Both the position numbers and the translations under genes were made by a program. Positions 47,220 through 59,415 of a stretch of 64,000 nucleotides of DNA are shown in pieces (position 1 is the first letter of the stretch; each line of letters starts with the position of its first letter). The notes under the pieces are model-generated. The model ran no database searches. It had not been told where the DNA came from and saw only the letters and a list, made by a program, of their open reading frames with translations. Origin of the DNA: Podarcis vaucheri (Eukaryota); assembly GCA_965113315.1 (NCBI GenBank), contig OZ220375.1. One strand, 5' to 3'.

Positions 47220-49231
47220 CTGCAAAAAAGAAAAGGGAAATCTTAGAGATGTTCTGACCATTTAGAATATAGTTTTGTGGATATCACAGAAGCTGCTTGA
47301 AACAGGACATCTTAAATTATTTTTCATCACCCTTATGGGTTTCCTACCTTCCTCCCACAGAAGCCCCGAGTCTCACGCAGCCATCACAAATGACAATCGC
47401 GATAACACCCATAGCTAAAATAGTAGCTAAAACCTATATCAAAACTCAAAAGTGGCACCGTAAATACGGTAATACTTAAGCTAATGGACTCCTCACTGCG
47501 TCTATGTACCAAAGGTTCGAATGAATGACTAAATGCATCTTCAAGTGACGCTTAACAGTTGTTAACGATGAGCACAGCCAACTTTCCCCCGGGCTGGGAG
47601 TTCCATGAGTGGGACAGCCACCACCAAGCAGGCCCTGCCTCATGACACCATCCCACGGGCCATACCTCTCGACAGGACCATGGGCTGGACCCCCCATGAC
47701 GGTCACAGAAAATGGGCCAGCCCATATGGAGAGAGGCCATCTTGGACCCCAAGCCATCGCAAAACTGGCTGCAATATCTCAGCCAAGGTCTAAAGAAGGG
47801 TGGGGAACCTCAGGCCTCAGGGGCAAGGGGCCAAAAGTAGTTCTGCAAGCTTTTTTTGGGTGTGAAACCAGCTGTACAAAGGCAAAGATTCATATTTGTT
47901 GCTCCGCCCACTTTTGCCCCCTGGCCACGCCCACGAGAAGGAAATGCAGTCCTTGATCAGAAAAAGGTGATCCACCCTTGGTCTAACGGAAGCTAGCAAT
48001 GCAATTGCCTGTCACACGAGGCTTCTCATGACCTCATCCAAAATGATGACAGGATTTGTGTGCTGCATCCGGATTATATAAATTGAGGCAGTCATGGTGA
48101 CTTTCTGTAGCCTAGGGCTTCCTCAGCAAAGGAAACCGTCTTGCTGGCTTCAGTGGCGGAGCTGGTTTCTTCCATGGGGGTTCCTTCCCCTACATTCAAA
48201 TCTTTTAAAAATTACATCAGCTGAACCTCTCTTTCTTTTCAGCAACCCAGTGCTCTGGCGGTTTACAGCTTGTTATGGAACTTTAACTCAGGTAGGTTCA
48301 TCTGGTGCCTTCATTATGCATCTTTAGGCACCAGGCAAAAATGTTCCTCTTCACAAAGGCCTTCAGCTGATTAATATTCTACAGCCTTTAAAATGTGGGG
48401 GGGGGGGGTTGTTTTGTTTTAAGTTTTTAATTTGTGCTTTTATTCTGAATTTCTATCTTGTGAAACGCCCCAAGGTGAAGGGCGGTGTATAAATTTAATA
48501 ATTAATCCCACCCTCTCTAAAAGGGTTTGCAGTTCTTCCAAACTTCGCATCACTGGCAGCATAGTCACCATTTCTGGGCGATCATGGGTGCCAAGGCACG
48601 CACAAATTTGGGTGCCTGGCTGGGCAACTAATAATTATTTTTTTATATTTTCATTTTATTTTAATTTAATTTAATTTCCCTGCCCATCTGGCTGGTTTCC
48701 CCGCCACTCTGGGCAGCTCCCAATAGAATATTAACAATAATAACAACAACAAGGCAATAAAACTTCAAACATTAAAAGCTTCCCTAAGCAGGGCTGCCTT
48801 CGGATGTCTTCTAAAAGTCAAATAGTTGTTTAATCCCTTGACATCTGATGGGAGGGCATTCCACAGGGCGGGCACAACTACCAAGAAGATGGGGGGGGCA
48901 TTCAGTCGGGCCCTTCCGCCGTGACAGGGGGCTCCATCGGGCCCTTCTGCTTCGGCGCCAACATATGACATCACGCGTGCGTGTGACATCACACACACGT
49001 GCCAAGCACCCACAATGCTGGGTGGAACTCGGCGCGCCTGATGGGCAGATTTCATGGGCTCCACTTTCCACCTCTTAATACGCATCCTTTGCAGGTGACA
49101 GTCCCCCTACGTCCCCTTTCTACACAGGTACAGATTTGTCATACCTTCTGCTCGATCATAAAAAGCAAAGAGACACAAGCATATTTCATTTACATGATTT
49201 GTGCAGGATCTCAAGTACCTCTGGGAGACTA

Positions 49232-49586
49232 TAAAAAGGTAAAGGGACCCCTGACCATTAGGTCCAGTCGTGGCCGACTCTGGGGTTGCGCCGCTCATCT
49301 CGCTTTATTGGCCAAGGGAGCCGGCGTACAGCTTCCGGGTCATGTGGCCAGCATGACTAAGCCGCTTCTGGCGAACCAGAGCAGCGCACGGAAACGTCGT
49401 TCACCTTCCCGCCGGAGTGGTACCTATTTATCTACTTGCACTTTGACGTGCTTTTGAACTGCTAGGTTGGCAGGAGCAGGAACTGAGCAACGGGAGCTCA
49501 CCCCGTCGCAGGAATTCGAACCGCCGACCTTCTGATTGGCATGTCCTAGGCTCTGTGGTTTAACCCACAGCGCCACCCGCATCCCT
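49232..49586 (-). mobile_element. Sauria SINE, young full-length copy
   Basis: TSD tctgggagacta at 49220-49231 and 49587-49598. CpGs retained. Confidence 0.88.
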
Positions 49587-49658
49587 TCTGGGAGACTAAA
49601 GCTGCCTGCAATCCAGAAATGATGCCCCCCCTGTAGATTTGTTCAGAGACACACTGAC

Positions 49659-49895
49659 CTTCAGGAAGACTTCGGGGTCCAGCTGCTCCTCCAGCCGTGC
49701 CTGGATCTTGGCCACTTGCTCCTCAGCCGTGCGGACTTGCTCCTGCCCATTGCGCTGGTTCCTTTCCAGCTCGCTGAGGAGGAGCTCTTCCTCACGCCGG
49801 ATCTCCCTCCTCATCGCTGCCTCCTTCTCCTGGAGCCACTGGTGGAGCTCGGTGAACTGGGCCGAGAGGTGCTGCTCCAGGCGGAGGCGCTGGGC
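49659..49895 (-). CDS. TRIM gene exon 3 (237 nt, coiled coil)
   Basis: ttctcaag|GCC...AAG|GTCAGT, encoding QFTELHQWLQEKE...EVFLK. Confidence 0.92.
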
Positions 49896-50093
49896 CTTGA
49901 GAAGGAACAGCAATAGTGGGGAAAGGAGGACGTGTGAGCGATGGACACCGGCTCTGTTCTGGCAGCCCCAGTGTGCTTAGAGAAAAGGGACTGTTTGTGG
50001 GAGGAAGCCAGCAGCCCAGTGTTACCCTCCCCGACTGAACTGGCTGTTTTTTCCTTCATTTAGACGTAGCAGCAACATTACATGCATTTTTTA

Positions 50094-50129
<36 letters not shown>

Positions 50130-50429
50130 TATTATTATTATTTATTACTTATACTGAGATCCAGTGCCGAGGGCCTTCTGGCAGCTCCCTCATTGCAAGA
50201 AGTGAGGTTACAGGGAACCATAAAGAGGGCCTTCTCAGTAGTGGCACCCGCCCTGTGGAACGCCCTCCCAATAGATGTCAAGGCAATAAGCAACTTACTT
50301 CTAAAAGACATCTGAAGGCATGGGAAGTTTTTAATGTTTAATGCTGTATTGTTTTTAACACTCGATTGGAAGCCGCCTAGGGTGGCTGGGGAAACTCAGC
50401 CAGATGGGCGGGGTATAAATAAATTATTG

Positions 50430-50472
<43 letters not shown>

Positions 50473-51693
50473 CCACTCATCTGGCCAGGCCTCCCCAGCC
50501 ACTCTGGGGGGCTCCCAACAGAATTTCAAAAACACAATAAAACATCAGTTATTAAAAACTTCCCAATACAGGGCTGCCTTCAGGTGTCTTCTAAAAGTCA
50601 GATAGTCGTTTATTTCCTTGACATCTGATGGGAGGACGTTCCACAGGGTGGCACAGCTGTCAACTTACAGATTTGAAAATAAGGGACCAGCAGTCTTGAA
50701 AATAAGGGACCTGCAGCCTCACCTGTTCCAGGCACTCCAGTCTTCCTGTCCTCCTGCAGTCTGGTCAAACTCATGCTGGTAGCTTCGAGAAAACTGTCCA
50801 ACCAACTTTGTAACCAGAGGTTCAACTGAATAGAATCTGAATCACATGCGCCACAAGGCCTATGCAGCCTCAACTTAAGATGGCTCCCCGGCCTGGCTTT
50901 GCACTGCAAAGTTTGCAGCAGCACATGCAACAAAATGGCATCCAGCATTCAAAAAACCCCTCAGCTTGCATTAACTAGCCACACACAAGGCATACAAGCT
51001 CCACCCCCCAGGCATCCTTAGACTTTTTATTGGGTGAGCAACACAGCCAAGCAACACAGTTGGAGCCTCCCTCCTCCCTGGGCGGCAGGGAGGGAGGGAG
51101 GGAGGGAAGGAGAGTAGCTGCTTCCTTTGAAATTTAAGGGACATCATTTAAGGGACATCCATCAATAAGGGACAGCAGCAGGACATGGCGCTGGAATAAG
51201 GGACTGTCCCTTCAAATAAGGGACACTTGACAGCTATGCAGGGTGGGCGCCACTACCAAGAAGGCCCTCTGCCTGGTTCCCTGTAACTTCGCTTCTCGCA
51301 GTGAGGGAACTGCCAGAAGGCCCTTGGAGCTGAACCTCAGCGTCCAGGCTGAATGATGGGGGTGGAGATGCTCCTTCAGAAGAATATTTTATTCTTTTTT
51401 TTCCATATAGAAAATTGTTACTCAACAATTATATTCCAATTCAACAAAACTAGTGACTTCCCGCTCACCTCACGTCAATGTTTATAACCCAAATTACATG
51501 CGATTGCACTTTAAGGTTCTGTCTTATCTAATGTCATCCTCTCGGACATGTTTCTTACTAGATTCTACTGTTCTCTTACACTTCAAACCAAGCATTAAAT
51601 GCACATTAAAAAGCAAAATTGTGTGTGCTGAAAGTAACATGCAGCTTGGCTCCATGAAACAAGGGTGGAAGCATCAAAGAGGCTTGGACTCAC

Positions 51694-51789
51694 AGAGATT
51701 TCTGGAAATTTCTGGGCACTCTGCTCTTGCAGCGATTTCGCCGCCTGGGCTCTGGATTCCAGCACCGCCTGAGCAGCTGTTAGGACCTC
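51694..51789 (-). CDS. TRIM gene exon 2 (96 nt)
   Basis: ccatgcag|GAG...TCT|GTGAGT, the typical 96-nt phase 0-0 TRIM exon. Confidence 0.9.
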
Positions 51790-52633
51790 CTGCATGGAAA
51801 CAGACATGGCAAAGAATGAACACAAAAGGACAATGTGAATACATTGGCAACTGCTGCTCATGTAGGGTTGCTAACTAGCCACAGCGATCAATAGCCTGGT
51901 TAGGGGGTTTTGTTTTATTTTTTGCTTGCTTGGAATTGGGGGGTAAGTTTCTGGAAAACCAAAAGGCAACATTAACCCACTTTACCTGCCATTAGAGGAG
52001 ACATAAAATTCATGCTGGGCTCCACCTCTCAAATAAACACACCCAGTTTGTTGTTATTAATAGGGCATGACTTTCTACCTGGCAATATTTCAAAAAGTGA
52101 AAGAGGTTTTTGTTTGTTTGTTTTGTTTTTGGCCAATGTTTTGAGCTTTAATTTTAATGCAATTCACCAAAATCTACACTGCCGACATGGGCTACCATAC
52201 GTTGGGATTTTCCCAGACAATTCAGCAATTTCCACCCGGATGCTGCTTACAAAGTCTTTGTCTGGGAGATTCCAGATGTGTGTGGCAACATTAAATTAGA
52301 AGTTGTTCCAGCAACATGAACAACACCCTCTTCAAAATAAATTGCCTGCAATCCTTTCTTTTCCCACATCCCTTTCCAAATCTGGCATGTTCCTTTACAC
52401 CAGACGCTGCCATTTTTTGAGTGAAGCCTGTATTTATTTATTAAACTGCATGTTTAACGAAGCCATCAACCTGAGTTACAGCTGCCCAGCACGTAGCAAA
52501 GTCTCGCCTGATTTTCATAGCTTTACAAGTGATCAACGCTTGCAACAGCTTGAGCAAGAAGGCAATGCACATCCCAGAGGTGCCAGTGCTCAGAGTTAAT
52601 GCAAACCAACTCACCAACAAAGAAAGTCAGGGA

Positions 52634-53146
52634 GTACTACAATATATCCAAAACAATGGGAGAAATTGGAAGGATCTCAAAAGAGAAGATAGACAAAGAC
52701 TGGAAGGTGTTCAAAGGATACTTGCAAAACCATATTGAAAAATCAGAACTCCTATTAGAATACGTAAACAAGTTCCGTTTTAAATACTGGAATACCAAAT
52801 AAGATGGATAACAATGTGTAATAGAAAAAGAAGCATGAAATTAGGTTAAAGGTGTGTGAAAGAAAGTAATAGAAGTGGAAAGGAATTGCAATTGAGTAGA
52901 TTGGAAGTCTAACACAAAGGTGGGGTGAGGAGTGGTGGATGGTGATGGGAAAAGGAATTATCTGTGGGATTGAGTGTAGGTATGTTTGAACATTTTTAAG
53001 GATTGTATGAAATGTATGTTTGTATATTCACAATATGTGTGTATTAATGCTGAATCATTTTAACAATAAAAACTTCTTTAAAGAAGGAGGAGGAGGAGGA
53101 GGAGGAGGAGGAGGAGGAGGAGAAGAAGAAGAAGAAGAAGAAGAAG
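52634..53146 (+). mobile_element. 5'-truncated L1 with a (GGA)n(GAA)n tail
   Basis: TSD aagaaagtcaggga at 52620-52633 and 53147-53160. Encodes KDWKVFKGYL-type ORF2 end. Confidence 0.75.
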
Positions 53147-54576
53147 AAGAAAGTCAGGGAAGCAGTCCAAAGAGTGGCAAGGTACCTGAGAGACCCTGCA
53201 GACCTGAAACTAAAGGGATCCACTGGGTCAACCGCAGCTGACTCTAGGGCATCGCAGCTAGGGGAGATGTTTGGAAACATACAGCTAAAGCGGCTTTGAG
53301 ATGATCATGTGCAACTCTGAATCACATCTAGGAAAGACTGTTTGCCTAGAGTTGCGAAACTGAGCTCAAGGCTCAAGCAACCGGCATCCTTTTTTCTCAA
53401 AAATGAGTAATGGTCAGGTGATGTGTGAGCCATTCTTCTACTCTGAGACCCACAGGTATCATAGGTACTATAGAATAAATTGCACATTCAGATTAATCAT
53501 GCGGAACAGCCCCACAGAGATTGCAACACATCAGACCAAAAGGTAAGGAACTCATTGCTTAAAAGCTTCGTGAAGCTTATTCTTCTTTCTTTAAACTCCC
53601 CACACATATTAAGCTAATATTCAGAGACCCAAAGGCCAGCTCTTTCCTATCTATGTTGTGTACCACCCTGAAATCTACGGACAAAGGGTGGTATACAAAA
53701 TTTAATAATAATATGCTTCTTGGGGTTTGATTTGTTTTTCACAGTAAGGAATCTAGACATGCAGCCTCCGCCTCCATTCTGAAATAGGGCAGTCCGGAGA
53801 GGGCTTTACTACATTACGATGCTGAACGTGCCAGGTAACGATCGCGTCCAGTTGCAAACATTATGAGAAAACAAGGGATTTGATGTAAAATGCTCTACTT
53901 ATTTCTACAAGCAGGGGCCAGCTAAGTAACATCTGGAGAACGTGCTTTGTTGAGCTGCAAAAATTAAGCTATAACGTCCGAAGAAGCAGAATTCTGGTTG
54001 CATTGACTGACGCCGAAAACTGGACGGTCCTAAGAAGTGCGAGTTGCGAAGTGGCATGGCACCCCCTAGGGGCGCAACGGGCTTACTGCAGCCAGCAACA
54101 ACAGGCGGTTGTGCAACAGGGTAGAAGTTTGGAGCAGAAATCCCACGTCCCGCTCAGTGGAATAAACAGAAGCACCACAGCCACCCAGTTCAGCCCTGCT
54201 GTCTTGCCATTTTTGGGAAGCCAGTTAAGTAATAGGCATCATTGCCTAAAAGCAGAGGAGTGTCAGATCCAGCCCATTTTCCCCCCTTTAAACCCCAAGA
54301 TCTCCCAAAGACTCACAGTTAAATAAAAGCCTAGGCTGGGGGGTTGGAAGCTAGGGATTTGTTTTCAGGCTCAGTAACTGAACCCAGTCCACAGTTCTTC
54401 CACATTTGAGTATTCAAAGGCAGCTGGAGGGCACTAGAAAGGGGGAAGTCTGATCCGCCCTGGATGCTTTATCTGAGATTCCTTCATTGCAGGGGGTTGG
54501 ACTAGATGACCCTCGGAACCCAACTCTAGGATTCTACGATCTAGCACTATAGGATGCTTGAGCGCCGCCTACCGAC

Positions 54577-55038
54577 CTTGTAGCGCTCCACAGCCCCGTC
54601 CAAAGGGATGCACTGGTGCCCCCAGTGATCTGGCTGCAGCGCCCTCACCAGGCAGCCGTCGTCGGCGCAGAAGAGCAGCTCTCCCTGCACCTCGTCGTCC
54701 AGCAGCCCGTCGGGCTCGGCGTCTTCGTCGCTCGCCCGGGCGGACAGAGTCTCCAGGGTCTTCCGCGCCAGCTGGCCCAGGACGCGGTTGGCCGTGAATT
54801 TCCCCCCCGGGATCTCCCGGCGGCACTCCGGACACGTGGGCAGAGGCGCGTCCTCCCCGTCGCTGCTGCTGCTGCTGCCGCCGCCGCCTCCGCCGGGCAC
54901 CTCTGCCCAGTAGCGGGCGATGCAAGGCTGGCAATAGTTGTGCCCGCATTCCAGCATCACTGGGTCCCGGAAGAGCTCCAGGCAGATGGAGCAGATCAGG
55001 TCCTCGGCAAAGTGCTCCACTCCCGTCGGGGCCGCCAT
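54577..55038 (-). CDS. TRIM gene exon 1 (RING + degenerate B-box); TRIM69/nuclear factor 7/A33-like E3 ligase, 497 aa in total
   Basis: CSIC...CGHNYCQPC...CPEC (C3HC4). Donor AAG|GTCGGT. Exons sum to 462+96+237+23+125+551 = 1494 nt with consistent phases. Confidence 0.93.
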
Positions 55039-55369
55039 GGGGATCTCAGGCCTTTCCTACACAGCCCTGGGAAATGTATTTATCTTTCTCTCTCCTTGCT
55101 TTCCTGTTTTAAAGTTATTTTCTTCTCCTGTGCGCAGGACACCGCCGCCACCCTCCTCCTCCTTTTCTTCTGACTTTTCTATTTTTCAGTTCTCCCCTTT
55201 TTATCTACTGTATTTGCTCTTTACTGTATGCGCAGCACTGTTATTCCTTTAAAAAAAGGCTAGAAATTACCTTTTTCTACTTCCTTCCTTCCTTCCTCTT
55301 TCTCTCTCGTCTTTTTTTCTGTTCCCCTCGGTTCCTTCGTCGGATTTCCCCTGATCCTCCTCGCTTCCA

Positions 55370-55700
55370 CCCCGTCGTCTACTCTCGCCTCTCTCTTTCA
55401 CAGACGGTACGTGAATCAGTACAGATTTCTGGGCGATTCTTAAAACGGTTTAGAGGTCTTCCACTCCGTCCGACGTCCTGATTTGCCGCCTCTGTCGTTT
55501 CTTCGACCCCCGTCTTTAAAATCTCTCTCCTTTGGGTCAAGGAGCCGCCCCGCCACTCCTTCCTTGCGCCCGCCCCTTCGGTGCCAACATCCAGATGCAT
55601 CACAAGCGAGGGATTCCCCGCCCGCCCCGCCCCAGGAAACATCTGGAGGCCGGAGGGCATCAAACCGGTTCCAGGTGAGAGAGAAAGCCTCCGGAAGTCC
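55370..55700. promoter_or_regulatory. CpG-rich promoter region of the TRIM gene with GC boxes
   Basis: Dense CpG and repeated cccgcccc (about 55568-55632) upstream of exon 1. Exon 1 is also CpG-rich. Confidence 0.65.
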
Positions 55701-56151
55701 TGAGAGAGGAGACTAGAATCATTGAGCTGGAAGGGACCACGAGGGTCATCTATTCCAATCCCCTGTAATGCCAGAATCTTTTTGCCCAGCGTGGGGCTCG
55801 AACCCATGAACCTAAGATTAAGAGTCTCATGCTCTATAAACTGAGCTCTCTTGTTGAACAACCTCAAACTTGTTGGTACCCTCTGAGAGCAGGGCAGTGA
55901 ACATGCTGCTTTCGGCTCTCTGTTTACCTGAAGGAACATCTCCACCCCCATCATCCAGCCCAGACACTGAGATCCAGCGCCAAGGGTCTTCTGCCGGTTC
56001 CCTCCCTGCGAGAACTAAAGCTACAGGGCAGAGGGCCTTTTTGGTAGTGGGGCCCTCCCTGTGGAACGCCCTCCCGTCAGATGTCAAGGAAATAAACAAC
56101 TGTCTGACTTTTAGAAGACACCTGAGGGCAGTCCTGTATTGGGAAGTTTTT

Positions 56152-56557
56152 TTAAAAATATATTTTTATTAAGCAATTTCAACATAACAACAAACCATAT
56201 AATCACATACATTTTCCCCCTCCCCCCTTCCATCCCTCCCCCCCCCCACCAGGGACTTCCCTCAGCTCCTCTCTCTGATTTCTCTGCACATATTATTCTC
56301 TGCATGTTATAAAATTATACTTATCCTTGCCTTATCTATCTATCATGTTATCAACCAATAAATTTGTGTATGTTTATTCAAAACCTGCCAAGGAGTCTAA
56401 TTCATTTTGCTGTCTCTTTAAATAATTTGTTAAAAGTTCCCATTCTTCCTTAAAGTCACAGTGGTCCTTATCCCACAGTTTGTATGTCAATTTAGCCAAC
56501 TGCATACCTCATCAATTTATCTTGCCATTGTTCTTTCATTGGGATTTTCTCATTCTT
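56152..56557 (-). mobile_element. 5'-truncated L1 inserted in an L2 3' end
   Basis: Near-perfect TSD ctgtattg(g/c)gaagttttt at 56134-56151 and 56558-56575. Confidence 0.75.
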
Positions 56558-58334
56558 CTGTATTGCGAAGTTTTTAATGTTTGATGTTTTATTCTGTTTA
56601 ATATTCTGTTGGGAGCTTCCGAGAGTGGGCGGGGTATAAATAATAAAGTATTATATTGTTATTATTATTATTATCATCATCATCACCATCATCATCTGGG
56701 AAGAGGCAGGGTCATATGAGGAAGAGGAGACAGTGGGGAAAGAAATAGGGAGTCTGGTGGGTTGGAGAGAAAACAGAAAGGTATTCAGTCTTTGCCTCTA
56801 GCACCAGGGCAGGTTGGGTCTCCAGGTGTTTTTGGACTACAACCTCCCATCCCTAGCTAGCAGGACCAGTGGTCAGGGGTGATGCACACATTCCCTTATA
56901 ATGTACTAAGTAAATTTCCCAACTTGAATTTGTATCAGAGATTTAGTATTTTTATTATTATCAGCAGCCCGATTAACAATAGCCCAATACTGGAAACAAC
57001 CTGCAGTTTTATAAGAGTATATAAAGAAGATGAATAAATGAGCAAAATAGGTTAATTTGGATATGCAGAAGATATTAAAAAAATAAATTCAAGGAACCAC
57101 AGAAAGAGGGGGAAGGAAATCAAGTTTTGAAATGTCAAAATGATTGTAAAATTAATGAAGTGTATAAAATTAGTGAAATGTATAAACTTGAAAAGTATAA
57201 ATAATTTTTTAATTAAAAAAACAACCTACAGAAATCCCCATTGAAATCTGGGTAAATAATATTTGGAATATGGCTCTATCAAGATGCCTTACTTGCCACA
57301 GAAGGGTAATTTAAAGGCACTTCAAGAATAGACTCTTTTGGCAAGACTTGGCTTCCATTCTTTTCCTTTATAAATGAGACAGAAGATGCTTTTATTCCAC
57401 CGACAACACAGGAATCTCTGCGGAGAGGATACTTGAATTGATAATGCATAAATAAACACCTTGCTTGTCTACTGCATATTAAACTTAATGTACCACCGGA
57501 CAAGTTACTGTGGGTATATGTTGTTCTTGTATTTACACAAAAACCCATAAAAAATATTTGGAGAAGGAATAAAAGCATATTTGAACAACATTCCTCTTTG
57601 TTCAAGCTCTTTGTCACAGAAGCTTCGGGACAAAGTATGGTCATCTTTGGAGTCTGTGAGATTGAAGTCTGGAATGCTAGTTTTAGATACCAACTTCGCA
57701 GCAATTCTGGGCCTGACTGAATGTTTAGCTATATGCTCCCCATACCCTAGAGATCCAGAATTAGTGTAAAAAAAAACCCCCATTTTTTAATTATCTGGAA
57801 AGAACAGAGCAGTGGAGATAATGGTGTCAACCCTAATTCTAGGCAAGAAAAAAAAAGATACTCTGGCTTTAAATTTTCAAATGACTCATCATGCCTCACC
57901 CCAGAGTGGGAGGACTCTGTTATGAATGCCGCACGCTTCACATCTCTTTTATGGCTGAGGGTATATTGCTAATCCTCTCTGGCATTACAGATTTTGAAAG
58001 GTTCCATTCATCTAAAGACAAACATTAGTCATTCAGCCCCACAGGAAGTGGAGCAAAGGACTCTCTATCTCTGTGCGGTGCTGACTCAACCCATTCTCTC
58101 CCCCCATGACCCAGGACAGCAGAAAGAGAAGTCCAGTGTGTTACAGCAGATGGAAGAGTCGCCAAATGATTCCACTTCACCACCTCCTGCCCCATATTCC
58201 TCACTTCAGTTGTGCAATATCTGGCACTCCCCAGACTGCAGTTGGGTAACTGTTCACGTGCTCCTTGGAAAAACATAACATTATCGTCTGCAAGGTGGAG
58301 CCCTTGAAGGACAAATCAACCCACTCATATGGAC

Positions 58335-59415
58335 AAGCAGGAACGTGTGCAGAGGAGGGCAACCAAGATGATCAAGGGTCTGGAAGCCTAGCCTTGATAG
58401 GCTAGGTATGAGGAACGGTTGAGGGAGCTGGGCCTGTTTAGCCTGGAAAAAAGGAGAGTTGAGAGGAGATACAATAGCCATCTTCAAATATCTCAAGAAC
58501 TATCACATGGAAGATGGAGCAAGCTTGCTTTCTCCTGCTCTGGAGGCTAGGACTCGAACCAATGGCTTCAAGTTGCAAGAAGAAGAATAATTTGGATTTG
58601 ATATCCCGCGTTATCACTACCCTAAGGAGTCTCAAAGTGGTTAACAATCTTCTTTCCCTTCCTCCCCCACAACAAGCACTCTGTGAGGTGAGGTGAGTGA
58701 GGCTGAGAAACTTCAGAGAAGTGTACGCACTCTGGAAGAATGGCAGATGAAGGTGATAGACTATATGACACTGGCTGAAATGACTGACAGAATTCGTGAA
58801 CAGGGGAAGGAGACGGCGGATGAAGATTGGAAGAAATTTAAAATGTATCTTAAGAAATATTACAAAATTAATGAATGTTAAAATGTTGAGGTTCTTAGTA
58901 AGAAAAGGAGATTACAGCGACAAAAGATTAAGTAAAAGAAAAGAACAAATAAGGAACAAATTTGACAAAATTAAGTTTAGGACTTGCTGAAGTAATTTTG
59001 GAAATTGGGATGTAGAAAGGGGAGGTTTGGGGGAGTCAGAGAAGTGAGGTTTATGAAAAAAGGAGATGAAATTATACATGTTTGTTTTGTCTTTTTTATT
59101 TGTTTGTATTGTTTATAAAAATTTTGTAAAATCAATAATTTTTATTTTTTTTTAAAAAAAGAGAAACTTCAGAGAAGTGTGACTAGCCCAAGGTCACCCA
59201 GCAGCTGCATGTGGAGGAGCGGGGATGCGAACCCGGTTCACCAGATTATGAGTCCACCGCACTTAACCACTACACCACACTGAATAAACTTCAGGAAGAA
59301 CTTTCTGTCGGTAAGAGCTGTTTGACAGTAGAACAGACTCCTATGAGACGTGGTGGACTTTCCTTCCTTGGAGGTTTTTGAACACCTGTCATGTATGATC
59401 TAGTTGAGATTCTTG
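58335..59415 (+). mobile_element. CR1 3' fragment hosting a Squam3 SINE (58577-59282, -) that hosts an L1 (58725-59160, +)
   Basis: CR1 frame VQRRATKMIKGLE...NGFKLQE resumes at ~59285. L1 TSD gagaaacttcagagaagtgt at 58705-58724 and 59161-59180. Confidence 0.85.

Noticed and set aside
54558-55252. Several long overlapping ORFs around TRIM exon 1 and antisense to the ORs and SPRY exon
   Set aside because: Shadow ORFs caused by high GC content and codon structure on the opposite strand.
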